A stretch of 35,676 nt of DNA from an uncultured Flavobacteriaceae bacterium (GTDB taxonomy: Bacteria; Bacteroidota; Bacteroidia; Flavobacteriales; Flavobacteriaceae), in NCBI GenBank assembly GCA_947311815.1, contig CAMZMA010000136.1, positions 1 to 35,676 of the forward strand, written 5' to 3'. Shown here piece by piece: positions 28,681 through 35,676 of this stretch. Made by a program: the position numbers and the translations under genes. A model generated the notes under the pieces. That model ran no database searches. It saw nothing but the letters and a program-made list of their open reading frames with translations, and was not told the origin of the DNA. Position 1 is the first letter of the stretch, and each line of letters begins with the position of its first letter.

Positions 28681-28793
28681 ATACCGATTAGTAATCAAGG
28701 TATGTTATATTTCTCTTCGTTCAATCTAGCCTTTTGATTATCTGTCGGCATAATACCTCTTGAGTAAAAACGTATTTTTAATTGAAAAGGTAT
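28681..28793. mobile_element. Candidate MITE-like element with ATACC...GGTAT ends
   Basis: 113-bp block filling the intergenic gap, with 5-bp inverted ends and imperfect subterminal complementarity; single copy in the window. Confidence 0.3.
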
Positions 28794-29689
28794 TATTTTA
28801 CAGTAGTTTTTACTTGTTTTGTTACCAAATACACGCCTAAAAAGATAAGAATAGTGGCTGTTATTTTTACTGGATTTAGAGAATCGCTACCAACAAATAA
28901 GGCATAAACAGATGCAATTACGGGTTGTAAATAAATAAAAACGCTTACTGTTGTTGGTTTTAATTTTGATAATGCAAAAAGATTAAACAAATATGTAATA
29001 CAGGTAGTAAAAAGGATGACAAAACCAACTTTCAACAAAATATTTGCCGACATTGTTTGCCATTGCACTTCTAAAAATTCTGTAATACCAAAAGGCAACA
29101 CCATAAAAAACCCGAACAAATACAACCATTTTACAAATACAATTGGGTTATATTTTGAAATTAAGTTTTTAACAAGTACTAAATATATAGCATACGATGC
29201 TGCGTTTACAAACACTAAAAAGTTTCCTAAAGCGCTGTTTGTTGAGTTTCCATCGTCTTTATTTCCGTAAGAAATTAATAAAACTGCTCCTATTAAACCA
29301 ATAAAAACACCTAAAATCTTTCTCTTTACAATACGCTCTTTTAATAAAATACTCGAAAAAATAAGTACTAAAATAGGTGTAGAAACCATCATTACAGATG
29401 CACTTATGGGTGTTGTTAAACTTAATCCTTTAAAGAAAGTAAGCATGTTTAATCCTACACCAAAAAAGGAAGCAAGTGCAATTTTTTTATAATCAGGTTT
29501 TGCAATATTTGCAGCTTTTACAAACAAACCCAATAACCAAAACACCATAGTTGCACCTCCAACTCTAACTAAAATAAATCCGAAAGGTTTTATATGTAAC
29601 GGCATTACTTCTTTTGCAACGGTAAACGTTACACCATAAATAAATGCAGCTATAAAGAGCGCTATGATTGCTAAAGTTCTTGTATTCAT
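28793..29689 (-). CDS. DMT/EamA family transporter
   Basis: 298 aa, about 10 TM segments in two repeats, YLQPVIA motif. Confidence 0.9.
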   Translation of the reverse strand: MNTRTLAIIALFIAAFIYGVTFTVAKEVMPLHIKPFGFILVRVGGATMVFWLLGLFVKAANIAKPDYKKIALASFFGVGLNMLTFFKGLSLTTPISASVMMVSTPILVLIFSSILLKERIVKRKILGVFIGLIGAVLLISYGNKDDGNSTNSALGNFLVFVNAASYAIYLVLVKNLISKYNPIVFVKWLYLFGFFMVLPFGITEFLEVQWQTMSANILLKVGFVILFTTCITYLFNLFALSKLKPTTVSVFIYLQPVIASVYALFVGSDSLNPVKITATILIFLGVYLVTKQVKTTVK

Positions 29690-29909
29690 TAAAAATATTT
29701 TTTTGCAAAAATGCGTTTATTTTTTATGATTATTGCTCTCAAATAGAGTTAAACTATCTGTTTTTAGTGTATTTCGTTATCAGCTTCTAAAAATTTTGGC
29801 ACAAGTTTCATAAATTCGCACTAAAACAATACTGTAAAGTTTTCACGAAGCAGGCTTTCAGTCTACTAAATCAAACGATAAACATATCATACATAGTGGT
29901 TTGTTTTAC

Positions 29910-29940
29910 AAAAAAAAGAGTGCTATTTTCATAGCACTCT
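29910..29940 (-). terminator. Intrinsic terminator for kbp/LysM
   Basis: AGAGTGCTAT/ATAGCACTCT 10-bp stem followed by a U-run on the - strand. Confidence 0.85.
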
Positions 29941-29977
29941 AAAAGTTCTGATAGATTATTAAACCTTTAGCAGGCGT

Positions 29978-30442
29978 TTAATCTACTAAAGCAGGTATTC
30001 TTAATACTTGCCCAGGATAAATTTTATCTGGATGCGAAAGCATTGGTTTGTTTGCTTCAAAAATTACAGGATACTTCATTGCGTTACCGTAATACGTTTT
30101 TGCAATTTTACCTAAAGTATCGCCTCTTTCTACTGTATGAAACTGTGCCATTGGCACTTCTTCTTCCGCTTCTGCAACAGTCATGTTGTCTTCTACCGAA
30201 GCAATACCCGCAGTATTACCTACTACTAAAACTACTTTTTCTTTGGTTTCTTGGCTATCTGCCTCTCCCCAAATTTTTGCATTTTCGTCATCTACTTCTA
30301 TAGATAGTCCTTCTACTACAAATCCTAAATCTGTAACTGCTGATGTTAATCCTGCTGCTTTTTCTGCATTTTCTTCTTCAGTAGTTTTTCCAATTCCGAA
30401 TACTTTTGCTCCTGCGTTTTTGATGAATGAAAAAATTCCCAT
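29978..30442 (-). CDS. kbp: BON + LysM protein (Kbp/YgaU-like)
   Basis: MGIFSFIKNAG start, BON domain, LysM HTVERGDTLGKIAK..IFEANKPMLSHPDKIYPGQVLRIP. Confidence 0.9.
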   Translation of the reverse strand: MGIFSFIKNAGAKVFGIGKTTEEENAEKAAGLTSAVTDLGFVVEGLSIEVDDENAKIWGEADSQETKEKVVLVVGNTAGIASVEDNMTVAEAEEEVPMAQFHTVERGDTLGKIAKTYYGNAMKYPVIFEANKPMLSHPDKIYPGQVLRIPALVD

Positions 30443-30492
30443 TTTTTTTGATTTTTAATTAAATTAATACTTGTTTTTGTTTGTGAACAATA

Positions 30493-30509
30493 TACAATAT
30501 TTGTGCCAA
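30493..30509 (-). promoter_or_regulatory. Sigma54-like -24/-12 element TTGGCACAAATATTGTA
   Basis: TGGCAC-N5-TTGT, one mismatch to TGGCAC-N5-TTGC, 50 nt upstream of the kbp ATG. Confidence 0.45.
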
Positions 30510-30577
30510 TTTTAAAAAAGTTTTAATGCTATTTTTATAAAACCTTATATAAATTGCTCAAAATTTTATCATTTCTT

Positions 30578-30585
30578 TATATTTG
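30578..30585 (+). promoter_or_regulatory. -7 box TATATTTG for the helicase gene
   Basis: Exact consensus 18 nt upstream of the ATG; TTG about 21 nt further upstream. Confidence 0.6.
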
Positions 30586-30603
30586 TAACTATTCAATCAA
30601 AAA

Positions 30604-33012
30604 ATGATTAAAAACCCAGAACTAGATTTAGCGTTTAATTTTATTGAAAAAACCAATAGAAATGTTTTTTTAACAGGAAAAGCAGGTACAGGAAAAACTA
30701 CATTTCTTCATAAAATAAAAACCGAATCGTTAAAAAGAATGGTGGTAGTTGCGCCTACAGGAGTTGCTGCTATTAATGCAAAAGGCGTTACTATTCATTC
30801 GTTTTTTCAAATGCCTTTTGGCCCTATTTTGCCAGATATGGTGCAAAGTAAAGAAAATCAACGAAAATTTAATAGAACAAAAATTGACATCATTAAATCG
30901 TTAGATTTAGTAATTATTGATGAAATTAGTATGGTGCGTGCCGATTTATTAGACGGAATAGACCAAGTTTTAAGACGTTATAAAGACAAAACAAAAGTTT
31001 TTGGCGGCGTGCAATTACTAATGATTGGAGATTTGCAACAACTATCGCCCGTTGTAAAACCTAATGAATGGAACTTGCTTAGAAATCATTATAAAACCGT
31101 TTATTTTTTTAGTAGTCGTGCTTTTTTAGCATCTAATGCTATTAGTATTGAGTTAACACATATTTATCGTCAAGAAAATCAACAATTTATTGGTATTTTA
31201 AATGAAATTAGAAACAATCAACTAAGTGAAGCATCAGCAAAAATATTAAATAGCAGATACCATCCAGATTTTGTTCCGTCTAATAACGAAGGATACATTA
31301 CGCTAACCACACACAATCATAGAGCTGATACTATTAACACACTAGAATTAAATCAATTAAATCAAAAAAGTTTTTCTTTTAACGCTATTATAGAAGGGAA
31401 ATTTAACGAATATGCGTATCCAACGGCACAACTTTTAATCTTAAAAAAAGGAGCACAAGTCATGTTTATTAAAAACGATAGTTCTCCTGAAAAGCGTTAT
31501 TATAATGGTAAAATTGGTGTGATTACTTACATCAACAAAAAAGAAATTACCGTACAATGTCCTGATGATGATTTTGAGATTGATGTAACGCCAGAAACAT
31601 GGAATAATGTAAGTTACACCTTAAACGAAAAAACAAAAGAAATTACAGAAAATGTGTCGGGTTCTTTTTCTCAAATCCCGTTGCGATTGGCTTGGGCAAT
31701 TACCATTCATAAAAGCCAAGGATTAACTTTTGAAAAAGCCATTATTGATGCCGAAGCCTCTTTTGCGCACGGACAAACCTACGTTGCGCTTAGTAGATGT
31801 ACTTCTTTAGAAGGAATTGTTTTAAAAACCAAGATAAAAGACAGCAGTATTATTAGCGATTCTACCATAAAAACGTTTACTAAAACGGTGGAAGAAAACA
31901 GGCCAGATAAAGCTGTTTTACTAGCTTCGGAAAAAGCATATCACTTCCAATTAATAGAAGATTTATTTAATTATAGGCCCTTTTTATATCCTGTAAATAG
32001 GTTGATAGATATCTTTTATAGAAACAGAACAAGTTTACAAGGAAATATTATAGAGCAGCTACAAACCGTTAAAGACAAAGGAGTTGTGCCTTTGTTGCAA
32101 GTAGCTAATGGATTTAAAAACCAGTTACAAACTTTAAGTATTGATATTTCTCAATTAGAAGAAAGTGATATTATTCAAGAACGATTTAAAAAAGCCGTTG
32201 CTTATTTTAGTACGCAAACCAATTTACATATTAAAGAACCTTTAGAAGCGCTTACCTTTTCTACAGAAAACAAAACTGTAAAAAAAGATTTCGAAAAACA
32301 ATTAAAAAACCTACAAGATGCGTTGTCTATAAAAACAACGTGTTTAACCGTTTTAGTAGATGGATTTAATGCCTCAACTTATTTAAAAACACGAGCTAAG
32401 GCAGTATTAGAAACTCCTAAAAAGACCCCTAAAGTTTATGAAATAACAACCGAACATGCTAGTTTGTTTGAAGAACTAAAATCTTTTAGAAAAGATATTT
32501 CTGATGATGATGGTATTCCTCCATTTCAAGTATTTACTCAAAAAACATTGCACGAAATGTGCGACAAACTTCCTACTACCAAAAAGCAACTACTTGCTAT
32601 TAACGGAATGGGAAAAATTAGGGTTCAAAAATACGGAGAACCTATTTTACAACTCATTTCTTCGTATTGTAAAATGAATGAAATCACCCCTAAAAAAGAC
32701 TCGAAATCACCAGAAAAAACAGCAAAAACACCTACTAAAGAATTGTCTTTACAATTGTTTAAAAGCGGTTTAACGATTGAAGAAATTGCTACAAAAAGAG
32801 AATTTACAACAGGTACTATTTTAGGACATCTCACTACGTTTATAGCAACAGGAGAACTGACGGTTTTTGATTTAATTCCAGAAAAACGCTTTAAAAAAAT
32901 AGAAAAAGCCATCAAAAAAGTTAAATATGAAAGTTTATCGGAACTAAAAGAAAAAGTAGATCCAGATTTTTCTTATGCAGAATTACGAATGGTTTTAGCA
33001 ACCTTAAAGTAA
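30604..33012 (+). CDS. Pif1/RecD-like SF1B helicase with C-terminal HRDC and HTH domains
   Basis: GKAGTGKT, APTGVAA, DEISM, GDLQQL, TIHKSQG and YVALSR motifs; HRDC (GIPPFQVF..GMGKIRVQKYG) and RecQ-type HTH tail. Confidence 0.9.
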   Translation: MIKNPELDLAFNFIEKTNRNVFLTGKAGTGKTTFLHKIKTESLKRMVVVAPTGVAAINAKGVTIHSFFQMPFGPILPDMVQSKENQRKFNRTKIDIIKSLDLVIIDEISMVRADLLDGIDQVLRRYKDKTKVFGGVQLLMIGDLQQLSPVVKPNEWNLLRNHYKTVYFFSSRAFLASNAISIELTHIYRQENQQFIGILNEIRNNQLSEASAKILNSRYHPDFVPSNNEGYITLTTHNHRADTINTLELNQLNQKSFSFNAIIEGKFNEYAYPTAQLLILKKGAQVMFIKNDSSPEKRYYNGKIGVITYINKKEITVQCPDDDFEIDVTPETWNNVSYTLNEKTKEITENVSGSFSQIPLRLAWAITIHKSQGLTFEKAIIDAEASFAHGQTYVALSRCTSLEGIVLKTKIKDSSIISDSTIKTFTKTVEENRPDKAVLLASEKAYHFQLIEDLFNYRPFLYPVNRLIDIFYRNRTSLQGNIIEQLQTVKDKGVVPLLQVANGFKNQLQTLSIDISQLEESDIIQERFKKAVAYFSTQTNLHIKEPLEALTFSTENKTVKKDFEKQLKNLQDALSIKTTCLTVLVDGFNASTYLKTRAKAVLETPKKTPKVYEITTEHASLFEELKSFRKDISDDDGIPPFQVFTQKTLHEMCDKLPTTKKQLLAINGMGKIRVQKYGEPILQLISSYCKMNEITPKKDSKSPEKTAKTPTKELSLQLFKSGLTIEEIATKREFTTGTILGHLTTFIATGELTVFDLIPEKRFKKIEKAIKKVKYESLSELKEKVDPDFSYAELRMVLATLK

Positions 33013-33014
33013 AA

Positions 33015-33058
33015 AAGACCTTACAAATTTATTTATCCAAAATAACTTGTAAGGTCTT
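33015..33058. terminator. Hairpin between convergent genes (AAGACCTTACAA..TTGTAAGGTCTT)
   Basis: 12-bp perfect outer stem; A-run on the left gives a U-tract on the - strand. Confidence 0.7.
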
Positions 33059-33092
33059 AAAAGTCTAATTAATTCAAAGAAAAAAGAATTTT

Positions 33093-35351
33093 CTACTCTT
33101 CTATTTCTTTTGTAGAAATATGAAACTCTTCATAAGTTTCTAGAAGGCTTGTAAAAGCGTCTAATAAATCTTTTGTTTCTAATAAAATACTAAAATACAA
33201 TGTCGTATTTTTAGGACTTGTTTCTTCGGTTCTAATTCTTGCTACTTGCTTTTCTACAGAAGTCGAAACATCTGCTAACAACTGTTTCTTTCCGGTTAAA
33301 ACAAGCTCTAACTGTTCAAATGTTCTGTTTTCAAAAATAAAACTTACTTTGTTTAACAGTTCCGTTAATTGATTGTCAATTCCTTTTAAATCTTTTAACT
33401 GACCTTTCTTTAAGTTTTTATGGTTGTTATTTACATGTTTGTAACTTGCTCTAGAAATATAACTGATAGATTGCGCTACATCTTGTAAATACGCCAATAC
33501 CATAATATAAAATCGACTAGCTTGTACAGAGGTTTCATCCAACGATTTTATAAAATAGAAAACACCGTCTTTTAAGTTATCTATTTCATCATTTAATTTA
33601 GAGACGTGTTTGTCTGTTTTACGTAATTTGTTTAAATCGTGTTTTGCCAAATCATTTACCACATTAGTGTATAGTTTATTTACACGTTGTGCAACTTCTG
33701 CAATATGATCTGCACTTTCTTCAATAACGCCATTAATAGTAATTAATTCAGCTCTTTCTATATGATGTTGTTTTTTCTCTTCTTTCGCTTTTTTATTATG
33801 ATTAATATAGTTTCTAGTCATTAATATTACCACTAAAGTTAACAACATTGCCACTGCTGCAATACCGCCTAAACTAATTAAATAGGCAAAAATTGCTGCG
33901 GCAGAAAAAGCGATAATTGCAGTTAAAAACCATCCGCCAATGACATTCAGTACTCCTGCAACTCTATATACAGCACTTTCGCGCCCCCAAGCTCTGTCTG
34001 CTAAAGATGTTCCCATAGCTACCATAAATGTTACATATGTGGTAGATAAAGGCAAGTGTAAAGAAGTACCAATTGATATTAAAATACCTGCAACAATTAA
34101 ATTAACCGATGCTCTCACCATATCAAACGCAGGCATTTCATAGGTTTTATCTTTCGATAATTTTACAACAGGTCTTTGAAATTTAGAATTAATATATTGT
34201 TGTGTTTTTTGTGGAATAAAAAAGTTAAAACCTGCATTGATACTCATAGCAGCTCTTACTACAACTCTAGACATTGGATTGGGTTGAAATTTTTCATGAC
34301 CCTCTCCTTGACGCGATAAATCTACACCTGTTTTAATTACATTTTTAGCTTTTTTTGATGTCCAGATAGTTATTACCATAACACCTCCAGCCAAAAGTAA
34401 TAACCAAAGATTTGATGGTACTTTTTTAGCTAAAACCCCCATAGAAAAAGCATCTGCCGCAACTCCTGATGTTTGCCACGCTTCATATGAATTTAAAGCG
34501 GCAATGGGTACGCCAATGAAATTCACCAAATCGTTACCAGAAAAAGCCATCGCTAAAGAAAATGTACCAATTCCTATAATTAATTTTAAAACATTTAAGT
34601 TTATCAATTTTATTAATAATTGAGAAATAATAGTCCAAAAAACAAAACTTGCTGCAATAATTAACAGCGTATTTCCTTCTATAATATGTTTGATGTCTTT
34701 ATAAAAAGGTGTTCCTTTTAATCCTTTAATTATAATAAAATAGGTGATGGCAGTAATGGCAAAACCACCAAACAAAGCACTAACGTAACTCGGTCTTTTT
34801 TCAAATTCGAAAGAATAAATCAGTCTAGAAAAGTACTGTACAATTGCTCCTACAGAAAATGCTACCACAACCGAAAGTAAAATTCCGAAGATGATTAACA
34901 TGGCTTTATCGGTATTAATATATTGTGCCAAATCTGATATACTTTTACCATTATCGGCAGAAATTTTTATCAACGCCATGGCAACGGCTGCTCCTAATAA
35001 TTCAAATACAATTGAAACGGTTGTTGATGTTGGCATTCCTAACGAATTAAAAACATCTAACAGTAAAATATCTGTAATCATTACCGCCATAAAAATGTAC
35101 ATGATTTCGTTAAAGTAAAACTGACTGGGCACAAAAATACCTTTACGCGCTACTTCCATCATTCCGCTTGAAGTTACTGCACCAAAAAACACACCTAAAC
35201 TAGCAATAATTAAGATGTTTTTTACCGAAATTGCTTTAGAACCAATGGCTGAATTTAAAAAATTAACAGCATCATTACTTACTCCTACTACTAAGTCAAT
35301 TACAGCTAAAATAGCCAAAGCGGCTAACATTAAAATATATGGATCTCCCAT
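33093..35351 (-). CDS. Inorganic phosphate transporter (PiT family) with helical PhoU-like C-terminus
   Basis: GVSNDAVN, GNDLVN, GMPTSTT and LPLSTT motifs; ATG 35351 preferred because the -7 box overlaps the track start at 35378. Confidence 0.9.
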   Translation of the reverse strand: MGDPYILMLAALAILAVIDLVVGVSNDAVNFLNSAIGSKAISVKNILIIASLGVFFGAVTSSGMMEVARKGIFVPSQFYFNEIMYIFMAVMITDILLLDVFNSLGMPTSTTVSIVFELLGAAVAMALIKISADNGKSISDLAQYINTDKAMLIIFGILLSVVVAFSVGAIVQYFSRLIYSFEFEKRPSYVSALFGGFAITAITYFIIIKGLKGTPFYKDIKHIIEGNTLLIIAASFVFWTIISQLLIKLINLNVLKLIIGIGTFSLAMAFSGNDLVNFIGVPIAALNSYEAWQTSGVAADAFSMGVLAKKVPSNLWLLLLAGGVMVITIWTSKKAKNVIKTGVDLSRQGEGHEKFQPNPMSRVVVRAAMSINAGFNFFIPQKTQQYINSKFQRPVVKLSKDKTYEMPAFDMVRASVNLIVAGILISIGTSLHLPLSTTYVTFMVAMGTSLADRAWGRESAVYRVAGVLNVIGGWFLTAIIAFSAAAIFAYLISLGGIAAVAMLLTLVVILMTRNYINHNKKAKEEKKQHHIERAELITINGVIEESADHIAEVAQRVNKLYTNVVNDLAKHDLNKLRKTDKHVSKLNDEIDNLKDGVFYFIKSLDETSVQASRFYIMVLAYLQDVAQSISYISRASYKHVNNNHKNLKKGQLKDLKGIDNQLTELLNKVSFIFENRTFEQLELVLTGKKQLLADVSTSVEKQVARIRTEETSPKNTTLYFSILLETKDLLDAFTSLLETYEEFHISTKEIEE

Positions 35352-35375
35352 GTTTTGTTTGATTTTTTTCTGATA

Positions 35376-35383
35376 CAAATTTA
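35376..35383 (-). promoter_or_regulatory. -7 box TAAATTTG for the PiT gene
   Basis: TAnnTTTG match 24 nt upstream of ATG 35351. Confidence 0.55.
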
Positions 35384-35403
35384 AAAATACAGCTACTTTT
35401 AAA

Positions 35404-35430
35404 TGTTATCTTATTGTTACCTTATTGTTA
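35404..35430. promoter_or_regulatory. Pho-box-like direct repeat, TGTTA x3 at an 11-bp period
   Basis: TGTTATCTTAT-TGTTACCTTAT-TGTTA covering the -33 region of the PiT promoter. Confidence 0.55.
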
Positions 35431-35601
35431 AAAATGAATATCTAATTGAAGTCTGTACATTAGTTGATTGTTAGCAATTTCGTTGTCTAAATAACTAATG
35501 TCTGATTGTACTTTTAATTTATGTCCTAAAATATACTTTGATACACCCAACGTGTATTGATTTTCTGTGCCTTTATTGGTAATATTATCTAAAGTAATAT
35601 T
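35428..35601 (-). CDS. C-terminal fragment of an outer-membrane porin, probably phosphate-selective OprO/P-like
   Basis: QYTLGVSKYILGHKLKVQSDISY..YRLQLDIHF: amphipathic beta-strands with terminal F, upstream of PiT; sequence beyond about 35601 is a fold-back copy. Confidence 0.65.
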   Translation of the reverse strand, partial: NITLDNITNKGTENQYTLGVSKYILGHKLKVQSDISYLDNEIANNQLMYRLQLDIHF

Positions 35602-35676
35602 ACCAATAAAGGCACAGAAAATCAATACACGTTGGGTGTATCAAAGTATATTTTAGGACATAAATTAAAAGTACAA
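35506..35676. repeat. Perfect 82-bp inverted repeat with a 7-nt loop, ending at the window end
   Basis: 35506-35587 is the exact reverse complement of 35595-35676; loop TCTAAAG. Confidence 0.95.

Noticed and set aside
29797-29811. Second sigma54-like TGGCAC on the + strand and a possible sRNA in the DMT-kbp gap
   Set aside because: The -12 position reads TCAT, there is no downstream + strand ORF, and the nearby hairpin has no + strand U-tract.
858-35118. Short ORFs overlapping recognised genes (e.g. 858-1061, 5707-5991, 7523-7750, 10893-11081, 17213-17530, 27105-27527, 30183-30458, 32625-32915)
   Set aside because: They are antisense or alternate-frame shadows of well-supported genes and show no motifs.
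35602-35625. N-terminus MIFCAFIG of the 65-aa track ORF
   Set aside because: It derives from the inverted copy, not from a native start.
35506-35676. Hairpin telomere of a linear replicon
   Set aside because: It falls mid-gene in core chromosomal context and no protelomerase is in the window; a chimera is the simpler explanation.

Overview
AT-rich bacterial chromosome segment from a Flavobacteriaceae member (Polaribacter/Tenacibaculum-like, inferred from gene content, the SusC/SusD pair and repeated TAnnTTTG promoter boxes). It is mostly core housekeeping: gpsA (partial), a flippase, dut, trmB, holB, pgk, polA, an RluA-type synthase, nadD, gmk, yicC, kbp/LysM, a Pif1-like HRDC helicase, a PiT transporter and the 3' end of a phosphate porin. 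There is also one SusC/SusD pair with no CAZyme nearby, facing a dipeptide-epimerase / alpha-oxoamine-synthase gene pair. I found no rRNA, tRNA, CRISPR array, transposase or phage gene, and no clearly new multi-gene system. The most unusual signals are non-coding. (1) Short palindromic repeats are nested inside one another, and one composite copy is translated in frame within the PolA linker. (2) An 11-bp-period TGTTA triple repeat (Pho-box-like) lies upstream of the phosphate transporter. (3) There is a sigma54-like box before kbp. (4) A perfect 82-bp fold-back ends the window and is most likely an amplification or assembly artefact.
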